Source: Candidatus Electronema aureum (GTDB lineage Bacteria > Desulfobacterota > Desulfobulbia > Desulfobulbales > Desulfobulbaceae). Taken from it: a stretch of DNA of 32,000 bases. Under the pieces are notes generated by a model. It was not told the DNA's origin, did not search any database, and saw only the letters and a list, made by a program, of their open reading frames with translations. The stretch covers positions 1 through 32,000 of the forward strand of contig NQJD01000027.1 of NCBI GenBank assembly GCA_004284765.1, read 5' to 3'. Position 1 is the first letter of the stretch. The number at the start of each line of letters is the position of its first letter. Of this stretch, positions 24,408 through 32,000 are shown in pieces. The translations under genes were made by a program, and so were the position numbers.

Positions 24408-25286
24408 ATGTATGCAGCTTTGCGCAAGCTGACCCCGTTCTTTCTGGTCTTTTTCACCCTCGCCTTTGCCGATGCCGGCCTGGCGGTGCTGGACGCGGAA
24501 GCCCGTTCCCGCAGCGGCGGTCGTTCATTCAGGCGTTCCGCGCCCAGCGCACCGAGAAGTGCGCCTGCATCAGGGGCAACAGCTCGCCCGTCCAGCTCTG
24601 GTTTTGGCCGTGGCTTGGCGGGTGGTCTGATCGGCGGAGCCTTGGGCGGCCTCTTGCTCGGCTCGCTGTTTGGCGCGAACGGCTCTGGCATCGGCATTCT
24701 GCCCATCCTTCTGCTCGGCGTGGCCGGGTATTTCCTCTACCGCCGTTTCATGGCTAAACCGAGCAGCGGCCTGTCGGCGTATCAGCCATTGGGCAGCTTC
24801 AGCAGGTCTGCGCCTCCTCCTCCGCCTGCTGTTGATTCCCTTGAAGCAGGTTTGGCGGAACTCCGCAGCACGGATCCTGATTTTGATCCGCAGCATTTCA
24901 CTGAAGTGGCCTCTGATGTCTTTTTCAAGGTGCAGGCAGGCTGGATGCGCCGCGACCTGAACAGCTTCCGCCACCTGCTCGGTAGCACACTGGCGGAAGA
25001 ATATGCGGAGCATTTTGCCGAGATGGAGCGGAAAGGCATCATCAACAAGCTGGAGTCTATCGCCATCCGCAAGGCAGAAATCATCGATGCTGGCAGCATA
25101 AACGGCGAGGATTTTGTCACCATTCTCTTCACTGCCAACTTGCTGGATTACACGGTGGACGACAAAACTGGTGCTGTGTTGGAAGGCAGTATGACCGAGC
25201 CGGTCAAATTTGCGGAAAAATGGACGTGGGCCAGACCGGTAAACACCGAAGATTGGAAGCTCGAAGGGATTGAGGTTGCGGAATAA
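24408..25286 (+). CDS. Tim44-like domain membrane protein
   Basis: The protein has an N-terminal signal or anchor, a Gly-rich transmembrane segment, and a C-terminal Tim44-like domain (DPDFDPQHFTEVASDVFFKVQAGWMRRDL...WKLEGIE). Confidence 0.8.
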   Translation: MYAALRKLTPFFLVFFTLAFADAGLAVLDAEARSRSGGRSFRRSAPSAPRSAPASGATARPSSSGFGRGLAGGLIGGALGGLLLGSLFGANGSGIGILPILLLGVAGYFLYRRFMAKPSSGLSAYQPLGSFSRSAPPPPPAVDSLEAGLAELRSTDPDFDPQHFTEVASDVFFKVQAGWMRRDLNSFRHLLGSTLAEEYAEHFAEMERKGIINKLESIAIRKAEIIDAGSINGEDFVTILFTANLLDYTVDDKTGAVLEGSMTEPVKFAEKWTWARPVNTEDWKLEGIEVAE

Positions 25287-25326
25287 TTCTTCAACGTGAT
25301 GTGAAAACTCTGCACAAGGAGGCGGC

Positions 25327-25758
25327 ATGAGTTCGGCAAAAAAAGGAGATTGCGTAAAAGTGCATTACACCGGCCATCTTGAGGACGGCACCACCTTTGA
25401 TTCCTCACGGGGCGTTGAGCCGTTAGAGTTCACCTTGGGCAGTGGTCAGGTGATCGCTGGCTTTGATGAAGCCGTGACCGGTATGGAATTGGGCGCACGA
25501 AAAAACGTCATGGTTCCTGCGCACAAAGCCTACGGCGAGCGGCACGAGGAGATGGTTATCAATGTTCCCCACAATCAATTTCCCGCTCATATTGTCCCAG
25601 AAATCGGGCAACAGATACAGTTGGCCGGGCCGAACAATCAGCCAATTTTAGTCAAAGTTGTTGGTATAAGCGAAGATTCTGTCCGATTAGACGCGAATCC
25701 CCCTTTAGCTGGATGCGATCTGATCTTTGATCTTGAACTAATTTCGATTGCCGAATAG
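25327..25758 (+). CDS. FKBP-type peptidyl-prolyl cis-trans isomerase (SlyD/SlpA-like, with insert-in-flap region)
   Basis: VKVHYTGHLEDGTTFDSSRGVEPLEFTLGSGQVIAGFDEAVTGM is followed by the C-terminal LAGCDLIFDLELISI. Confidence 0.9.
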   Translation: MSSAKKGDCVKVHYTGHLEDGTTFDSSRGVEPLEFTLGSGQVIAGFDEAVTGMELGARKNVMVPAHKAYGERHEEMVINVPHNQFPAHIVPEIGQQIQLAGPNNQPILVKVVGISEDSVRLDANPPLAGCDLIFDLELISIAE

Positions 25759-25843
25759 AAAAAGCAGCTCTTGCAGTCAGTGCAGCGGAGTGCTATAAGA
25801 AACTTAGTGCATTTATTCTTCAATCGATTGTTTGGTTGCATCT

Positions 25844-26791
25844 ATGTTTCTTGATAAAAAAATTGCGGTGGTTATTCCTGCCCACGATGAAGAAAGGTTA
25901 ATCAGCAAGGTCATCGGCACTATGCCGGACTTTGTCGATTATATCGTGGTGGTGGATGACAAAAGCAGCGATAGCACCGCCGTTGTGGTACGAAAATTGA
26001 CCGAGTCAAATCGGAAAATAGTCCTGATTCCGCATGAGGAGAACCGGGGTGTAGGTGCAGCTATCGCCACTGGCTATAAATGGGCCAGAGACCATCAGGT
26101 AGACGTGACGGCGGTCATGGCCGCAGATTTTCAGATGGATCCCGCAGACTTGCCTCGCATCGTCAAGCCGGTCTGCACAGGGGAATGCGACTACACCAAA
26201 GGCAATCGGCTCTTCCGGGGTGAGTCATGGGGGATGATTCCTAAACACCGCTACATCGGCAATTCTTTTCTCTCGCTTTTCACTAAAATAGCCTCAGGAT
26301 ATTGGCACATTGCTGATTCACAGAGCGGCTACACCGCGATTTCGTTGCAAGCCTTGCGAGCGATTGATTTGGATGCGATTTACCCGCGCTACGGAATGCC
26401 GAATGATCTGTTGATCAGCCTGAATATTGCAAATTTCAGAGTGCGTGATATCTCTATTCGCCCGGTCTATAATGTGGGTGAGGTTTCTGGTATCCGCCTG
26501 AAAAAGGTGATTTTTACCATCCCTTGTATATTAGTAAAAGGCTTCAGCCGAAGAATGGTAGAAAAATATATCATCCGTGATTTTCATCCGCTGATTTTCT
26601 TCTACACACTGGGGTTGATCTTTTTTTTCTTCACGGTGATTCTGACCATCCGAGCGTTCATTTTTCTTGGTATTGACGGAAAATTGCCACCCATCAACAC
26701 GCTAGCGGCGATGTTTTCATTTATGAGTTCCAGCATTTTTATCCTGTTCGGCATGTGGTTTGACATGGAGTACAATAAGGAGTTGAAGTAA
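25844..26791 (+). CDS. family 2 glycosyltransferase with two C-terminal TM helices (GtrB/polyprenyl-phosphate glycosyltransferase-like)
   Basis: IAVVIPAHDEE and VVVDDKSSDST are present, along with hydrophobic C-terminal helices. The ATG at 25844 is preferred over the TTG at 25832. Confidence 0.88.
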   Translation: MFLDKKIAVVIPAHDEERLISKVIGTMPDFVDYIVVVDDKSSDSTAVVVRKLTESNRKIVLIPHEENRGVGAAIATGYKWARDHQVDVTAVMAADFQMDPADLPRIVKPVCTGECDYTKGNRLFRGESWGMIPKHRYIGNSFLSLFTKIASGYWHIADSQSGYTAISLQALRAIDLDAIYPRYGMPNDLLISLNIANFRVRDISIRPVYNVGEVSGIRLKKVIFTIPCILVKGFSRRMVEKYIIRDFHPLIFFYTLGLIFFFFTVILTIRAFIFLGIDGKLPPINTLAAMFSFMSSSIFILFGMWFDMEYNKELK

Positions 26792-26793
26792 AT

Positions 26794-27582
26794 ATGAATC
26801 AATTCCAGATTGGATACATAGAATCAATACGACGGTATGAGTTAGAGAAAGTTTTGTCTATCATGTGTGAAGAGAAAGGAGTAAACAGTAATATTAAAAT
26901 ATTAGAGATAGGAGCCGGAGCTGGTTGGCAAGCAAAAAAAATGTCTGAATGTGGTTATTCTGTTGAGGCCATAGATATCGCGAAAAGCAATTATTTAGAG
27001 CAACGTGTTTGGACTGTAAAAAATTATGACGGCAAAAACATACCGTTTGCGGATTATTCATTTGATGTAGTTTTCAGTTCGAGTGTATTGGAGCATATTT
27101 ATAATTCACAGGAATTTCAACAGGAAATAAAAAGGGTATTAAAAAAAGACGGTATTGCCATCCATGTAGTGCCTGGAACAGCTTGGAGATTTTGGACAAG
27201 CATGACCCATTATCCTTTTCTGATAAAAGAAATTGGAACGTTAACTTGCAGAATGATATTTTCATCGCATACAAACCATCCTAACAAAGATACTGTAGAA
27301 TCAAAACAAATAACAAAAAAGGAGCTGTTTAAGAGGACAGTAATTCCATGCCGTCACGGAGAAAGAGGGAATAGCTTCAGTGAGCTGTATTATTTCAGCA
27401 AAAAATATTGGAGCAGCTTGTTTGAAAATACAGAATGGAAAATAAAAAAAATCTATCAAAATGAGCTTTTTTATACTGGCCATATGTTTTTAGGGGTACT
27501 ATTGTCTATTTCTGCAAGAAAACATTTAAGTTTGTTAATAGGAAGTGTTTGTCATATCTTTCTTCTTGTAAAAAATGAATAA
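26794..27582 (+). CDS. class I SAM-dependent methyltransferase
   Basis: Motif I is ILEIGAGAGW, followed by FDVVFSSSVLEHI. The gene starts 2 nt after the GT2 stop and is AT-rich. Confidence 0.85.
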   Translation: MNQFQIGYIESIRRYELEKVLSIMCEEKGVNSNIKILEIGAGAGWQAKKMSECGYSVEAIDIAKSNYLEQRVWTVKNYDGKNIPFADYSFDVVFSSSVLEHIYNSQEFQQEIKRVLKKDGIAIHVVPGTAWRFWTSMTHYPFLIKEIGTLTCRMIFSSHTNHPNKDTVESKQITKKELFKRTVIPCRHGERGNSFSELYYFSKKYWSSLFENTEWKIKKIYQNELFYTGHMFLGVLLSISARKHLSLLIGSVCHIFLLVKNE

Positions 27583-27607
27583 GATTCATAGTCTACCGGA
27601 GTTTGAT

Positions 27608-27844
27608 ATGGCACAATATATCGAGACTGATGTAGATATTGCGGAATATTTGAGTCAAGTGCTTGAGGAGGGCGATGTTGGTGAACTTTGCTGCCGCGCT
27701 GGGGTATATCGCCAAAGTCTGTGGCATTAAGCGGGAAACACTTTATAAAACATGCGTCCAAATGTTCTGCCGCGTCTTGATACGATCCAACGTGTATGCA
27801 AGGTTCTTGGAGTTAAACTTACGGTACAAGTCACGAGTGCTTAA
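27608..27844 (+). pseudogene. HigA-type (addiction-module antidote) antitoxin pseudogene
   Basis: Three frames together give MAQYIETDVDIAEYLSQVLEEGDVGEL / AAALGYIAKVCGIKRETLYKT / RPNVLPRLDTIQRVCKVLGVKLTVQVTSA*. This matches the HigA-like antidote pattern but needs at least two frameshifts and lacks part of the HTH. No toxin gene is adjacent. Confidence 0.6.
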
Positions 27845-27862
27845 TTGTCGTTTTGAAAATAA

Positions 27863-27874
27863 TTTTTTTTTTTT
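27863..27874. repeat. T12 homopolymer 24 nt upstream of the flippase start
   Basis: There are twelve consecutive T residues at 27863-27874. Confidence 0.9.
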
Positions 27875-27898
27875 GCTGAGGCTGTTTGTTTTTGACGG

Positions 27899-29176
27899 AT
27901 GAATTTTTCTATCAAAACCAAAAGGGTAAAGCTAATCATCTTTTGCTGGAAGAGCGTATTTCACCAAGAACCTTCTCTGGGAGTGATACGACAGGCTGAA
28001 AGATTTTTTCTCTTTGGGACAGGCATGATGGTAGCAAGATTTCTGTCCGTTGCTTCCCAAGTTATCATGGGCAGGAAGTTTGGGCCGGAAATCTACGGGC
28101 AGATTACAATAATTCTGCTCATATCAAGCTATTTTGCCATGCCAATAGTCAATGGCTGGGGTTTAGTTTTCACTAAGATTGCCGTAAAAGAAATCGATGT
28201 CAGCAAAAAAAATCAAGCCCTAAAGTCCCTGCTGCTTGTCGTCTCTGTTTGCTGTATCCTAACCACGCTCGTCCTTTTTGTTCTGCAAAGCCCTCTTGCT
28301 GACTTACTGGATATCGACAGAAGAATGATGCGTTTGTCACTTATCATGACTGTTTGCTATGCTTGGTGGATATTGACAAAACAGATAGCGCAAGGATTTC
28401 AGAATTGGCGGGCATATATTCTGATTGAAAATATTTGGGCATCTATTGTTCTTTCAGGTCTTCTGGTGCTGGCATTCTGGGGAAAGTTTAATCTTTTTAC
28501 GGTGAGTTGGGTCTTCTTTGCAGGGTATGTTGTCGCTGGCCTTGTTCTTGTCAAAGGCCTCTGGCAGTCTCTTCTTGTTAAAATTGATAAAAATTATATA
28601 AAGGATATCCTCTCACATGGCTGGTTTCTGTTGCTGAATAGCATAGTTGGCACAGCGGCTTTCAGCGTTGACAGAATAATGATCAACAAAGCTCTTGGTA
28701 GCCAAGAAGTCGGAATATATCAAGCGCATTTTATTGCAACTTATGGCATGACTTCAGCTATATTTACTGTATTTATCACATATATATTTCCAATTATTTG
28801 TCGAAACAACACAAACACTGTTTCTCTTTTAGAGAAGATAGCTTTTTTGCAGTATCCTGCCACAATACTTTTCACTGCGGCGACGGGTTATTTTTCATTT
28901 AGTTTGTTTAGTTATCAATTCAACAGCATTCTTTTTATTTTTTTGGTTATGTTTTGTGCGATACAAAATCATTTACAGATAAATCTATGGTATATAGCAA
29001 GCAAGGGGATAGATGGCGGAAAAAAAACACTCATAAGTCAAGCAGTATTTTTTTTATCAAGCACGGTTATCTTAATTGTAATTTTACCATATTGTAAGAC
29101 TTATTCTGGCGGAATAGCTTTAGCCGTTTCTTCATTAATAACATTAATTTTCTCAGGAGAGAAAAAAGGTTTGTAG
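27899..29176 (+). CDS. polysaccharide/O-antigen flippase (Wzx-like, MOP superfamily)
   Basis: The 425-aa protein has about 12 hydrophobic helices. It sits inside a glycosyltransferase/methyltransferase operon. The exact start is uncertain. Confidence 0.75.
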   Translation: MNFSIKTKRVKLIIFCWKSVFHQEPSLGVIRQAERFFLFGTGMMVARFLSVASQVIMGRKFGPEIYGQITIILLISSYFAMPIVNGWGLVFTKIAVKEIDVSKKNQALKSLLLVVSVCCILTTLVLFVLQSPLADLLDIDRRMMRLSLIMTVCYAWWILTKQIAQGFQNWRAYILIENIWASIVLSGLLVLAFWGKFNLFTVSWVFFAGYVVAGLVLVKGLWQSLLVKIDKNYIKDILSHGWFLLLNSIVGTAAFSVDRIMINKALGSQEVGIYQAHFIATYGMTSAIFTVFITYIFPIICRNNTNTVSLLEKIAFLQYPATILFTAATGYFSFSLFSYQFNSILFIFLVMFCAIQNHLQINLWYIASKGIDGGKKTLISQAVFFLSSTVILIVILPYCKTYSGGIALAVSSLITLIFSGEKKGL

Positions 29177-29187
29177 GTAACTATACA

Positions 29188-30054
29188 ATGAACGGATCGA
29201 TATCAACATGTTGTATTTGCAATAAAAATGGAATTTATGATTATCGTGCAACTTTGCAATTGCTATCGAATCCATCAAAATACAATTTTAAAGTTTTTCG
29301 TTGCAAGGAATGTGATTTTCGTTGGCTACATCCTCTCCCTATAATAGAAAAAATATATACTAAAGATTATTTTAATTCAGAAGATAATAATTATTCAGAT
29401 ATATCGAGTGAAATGTCTAAATGTTTTACTGAAGATGCTATAAAATTTAAAGAATTATCCCTTGGAGGACAAATACTTGATATTGGTTGCGCCACAGGAG
29501 AGTTTTTAGAAGCAATCCAGTCTGTTGGGTTGAATGGCGTTGGAGTGGATGTAGCAAATTATGCTGTTGATGTAGCAACAAGAAAAAAATTATCTGTTAT
29601 ACAAGGAGATATATTTTATAGCATATTTGATTCAAAACGGTTTGACGGGATACATATGAGTCATGTTTTAGAACATATTCCACATCCAAATAGTTTTCTT
29701 TGCAGAACCAATGAGTTGTTACAAAAAAATGGTATTGTATATATTGAGGTGCCGTTACAGTTTGATAGCTGGCTTGAAAAGATAAGTCGTATTCAAGGAA
29801 AAATGCAATCTTTTGAATTATACAAATTTCATCATTGTTCTTTTTTTACTCCAAAATCAATAAGATTAATTCTTGAAAAAAATAATTTTCAAATTATCTC
29901 TTTAACTACATTTAGATCATGCAGGCGTTCACAGAGAAAATTGTCTGCGCGATATTTTTTATTAACATTAATTTTATGGGTTTCAGACAAAATTTATAAA
30001 AGAGGTGATGTTATTTCCGTATGGGCAAAAACATCGCTGTCGTCAGAAAAATAA
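29188..30054 (+). CDS. class I SAM-dependent methyltransferase with N-terminal Cys4 zinc ribbon
   Basis: CCICN...CKECDF is followed by motif I ILDIGCATGEF and FDGIHMSHVLEHI. Confidence 0.85.
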   Translation: MNGSISTCCICNKNGIYDYRATLQLLSNPSKYNFKVFRCKECDFRWLHPLPIIEKIYTKDYFNSEDNNYSDISSEMSKCFTEDAIKFKELSLGGQILDIGCATGEFLEAIQSVGLNGVGVDVANYAVDVATRKKLSVIQGDIFYSIFDSKRFDGIHMSHVLEHIPHPNSFLCRTNELLQKNGIVYIEVPLQFDSWLEKISRIQGKMQSFELYKFHHCSFFTPKSIRLILEKNNFQIISLTTFRSCRRSQRKLSARYFLLTLILWVSDKIYKRGDVISVWAKTSLSSEK

Positions 30055-30074
30055 ATAGAGGCTGAAAAAATATC

Positions 30075-30896
30075 ATGTTGAAAGAGCGATTTTCCTTTGG
30101 TAAAAACTGGAAAAATTTTCTCGAAACCCTTAATGAAGACCGTATCAAAGAGGCGGAACATTCTCTGCAATCAATGCTGCATCTCGACACCCTGAGGGGA
30201 AAATCTTTTCTTGATATCGGATCAGGAAGCGGACTTTTTTCTCTAGCGGCAGCAAGGTTAGGGGCAGATAAAATTCATTCATTCGATTATGACGATCAGA
30301 GTGTTGCCTGCACAAGGGAACTAAAACAACGATTTTTTTCAGAATTTACAGCTTGGTCAATTGAACAAGGTTCGACCCTTGATCAAAAATACCTTCAAGA
30401 TATTGGCATGTATGATGTAGTGTACTCATGGGGAGTTCTGCATCATACCGGTGAAATGTGGCAGGCATTAGAGAATGTCTCCCATTGTGTTGCTGAGAAT
30501 GGATATCTCTTTATAGCAATCTACAACGATCAAGGCGTAATAAGTGATATTTGGACTCAGGTAAAGAAAATATACAACAAACTGCCAGGGTTTTTACGTC
30601 TATTCTATGTTTTCTCTATCTGGACTCCTTTTGAAATATTGCCATCAATAAAACAAGTTGCTACAGGACATTTGCCTTGGAATCACTGGGTCACATACAA
30701 AAAAAATCGTGGAATGTCACGTTGGCATAATATTGTAGATTGGATTGGAGGTTATCCTTTTGAGGTGGCTACGCCTGAAAAGATTTTTCATTTCTATCAT
30801 GAGAGGCTATTTGTCTTGGTAAAAATGAAGACTAGACAGGGTTTGGGATGCAACGAGTTTGTATTCAGGAAAATAAACAAGGATATTAAGGCATAG
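30075..30896 (+). CDS. class I SAM-dependent methyltransferase
   Basis: Motif I is FLDIGSGSGLFSLAAARLGA. DYDDQSV and YDVVYSWGVLHHTG follow. Confidence 0.85.
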   Translation: MLKERFSFGKNWKNFLETLNEDRIKEAEHSLQSMLHLDTLRGKSFLDIGSGSGLFSLAAARLGADKIHSFDYDDQSVACTRELKQRFFSEFTAWSIEQGSTLDQKYLQDIGMYDVVYSWGVLHHTGEMWQALENVSHCVAENGYLFIAIYNDQGVISDIWTQVKKIYNKLPGFLRLFYVFSIWTPFEILPSIKQVATGHLPWNHWVTYKKNRGMSRWHNIVDWIGGYPFEVATPEKIFHFYHERLFVLVKMKTRQGLGCNEFVFRKINKDIKA

Positions 30897-30901
30897 AAGT
30901 A

Positions 30902-32000
30902 ATGAATATCCTCGTAATAGCTAATATAGCTCCCTTTGAAACAGGTGGGGCTGAAGTACAAGTCAGAAGACTTGCTGAAGCATGGCTGAAACAAGGCCAA
31001 CGTGTTACTATCGTTGGTAATCGTATTCCATCATGCAAAATAACAGTTAATAATTCCAAACATACCTTTAACTGTGTGCACATTTCGACAGTCTTGACCA
31101 ATCGGTTTACGCGTGCTGTTAGTTACGCTGTGTCATTGTCTTGGTTCGTCATAACGCATCAAAAAGAGTTCGATATAATTTATTGTCGTTTTTTACAAGA
31201 AGCAGCTCTTGTCATTGGTTTACTTAAAACACTCCGCATTGCCTCTCTTCCGTTTGTTGCTTGCCCAGCGTGTTCTGGTATAAAAGGAGATGTTGCTTTT
31301 ATTGAGAAAATGCCGATTTCTAACCTGTTAAGGTGTATCCTTAATAAAACATGTAATACTGTCAACAGCATATCCCCTCAAATTGAGAATGAACTCATAA
31401 AATTCGGCATATATAAAATTAAAATAACGCATATACCAAATGGTATTTCTCTACCGTCGAAATATGCACAAAAAAGGATTAGTTCCGGTAATAAATCGTG
31501 TATTTTTGTGGGTCGTCTTACAGAGCAAAAGGGATTACCTTATCTGATGGAAGCTATCCATAAGTTAGCACAACAAAATCATTATCCTGATTTGACAATT
31601 ATTGGCGAAGGCCCAGACAGGAAAAAACTTGAAGAATTAATTTGCAGGCTAAACATTCAGAGACAGGTAAATTTTTGCGGAAAGATTGCTCATGAAGAAA
31701 TTAATGACCATCTCTGTAATCATGATATTTTTGTGCTGCCTTCTTTGTACGAAGGACATCCTAACGCCTTGCTTGAGGCAATGGCAATAGGACTCCCATC
31801 TCTTGTTACCAAGTGCGGAGGTTCCGAATATTTTGTCGATAATTCAGTTGGGCGGGTAGCAAAGGCGGGTGATGCAGACTCTCTTGCTCAGGCGTTGCAA
31901 GAGTTATTAGAACTCAGCGATGAAGAACTACAGGCTATGGGCCAAGCAGCACGAGAGAGGGCAAAAAATAATTTTGATATTGATGTGATCGCTGATAAGT
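30902..32000 (+). CDS. family 4 (group 1) glycosyltransferase, 3' end beyond the window
   Basis: The frame is open from ATG 30902 to the window edge, so it is not in the ORF track. The sequence reads MNILVIANIAPFETGGAEVQ...FVGRLTEQKGL...LPSLYEGHPNALLEAMAIGLP, which contains the E-x7-E region. Confidence 0.88.
   Translation, partial: MNILVIANIAPFETGGAEVQVRRLAEAWLKQGQRVTIVGNRIPSCKITVNNSKHTFNCVHISTVLTNRFTRAVSYAVSLSWFVITHQKEFDIIYCRFLQEAALVIGLLKTLRIASLPFVACPACSGIKGDVAFIEKMPISNLLRCILNKTCNTVNSISPQIENELIKFGIYKIKITHIPNGISLPSKYAQKRISSGNKSCIFVGRLTEQKGLPYLMEAIHKLAQQNHYPDLTIIGEGPDRKKLEELICRLNIQRQVNFCGKIAHEEINDHLCNHDIFVLPSLYEGHPNALLEAMAIGLPSLVTKCGGSEYFVDNSVGRVAKAGDADSLAQALQELLELSDEELQAMGQAARERAKNNFDIDVIADK

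Noticed and set aside
26619-26628. T-rich homopolymer inside the GT2 gene (encoding LIFFFF) as a phase-variation site
   Set aside because: The run is short and encodes a hydrophobic transmembrane segment, so it is compatible with ordinary coding sequence in an AT-rich gene. The intergenic T12 tract is the better candidate.

Overview
This is a chromosomal window from a Gram-negative anaerobe. The gene content (split atpZ-I-B-E operon, multihaem cytochrome, trxA/trxB) suggests a Desulfobulbales-like Deltaproteobacterium, but that is a low-confidence guess. All family calls come from reading motifs in the supplied translations; no searches were run.

The housekeeping backbone comprises two ABC-F ATPases, a hot-dog thioesterase, atpE/atpB/atpI/atpZ, hemL, trxA, trxB, bamD, an orphan GspE/PilB-type ATPase, a pentahaem c-type cytochrome, pheA, a Tim44-like protein and an FKBP isomerase.

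Three visibly AT-richer accessory patches interrupt this backbone:
- Patch 1 (about 1.5-4.7 kb) is a tightly coupled minus-strand cassette: vapB, vapC, a standalone PD-(D/E)xK nuclease-fold protein, and a 536/540-aa protein with a C-terminal HEPN (R-x4-H) domain. Just downstream, seven phased 21-22 bp palindrome-containing repeats sit in front of a promoter.
- Patch 2 (about 16.9-21.3 kb) holds two paralogous small secreted proteins, a DUF4160/DUF2442 pair, decayed DinJ-like and UPF0175-like antitoxin remnants around a perfect 22-bp palindrome, REP-like hairpins, a 648-aa DUF4365 (nuclease-fold)-TPR fusion, and an unannotated 52-codon RHH ORF.
- Patch 3 (25.8 kb to the window end) is a glycan-biosynthesis operon: GT2, three SAM methyltransferases, a Wzx-like flippase and GT4. 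It contains a frameshifted HigA antitoxin relic and a T12 tract.

The best candidates for an undescribed conflict or defence system are the nuclease-fold + HEPN pair and the DUF4365-TPR protein. I saw no rRNA, tRNA, CRISPR array, integrase or transposase.
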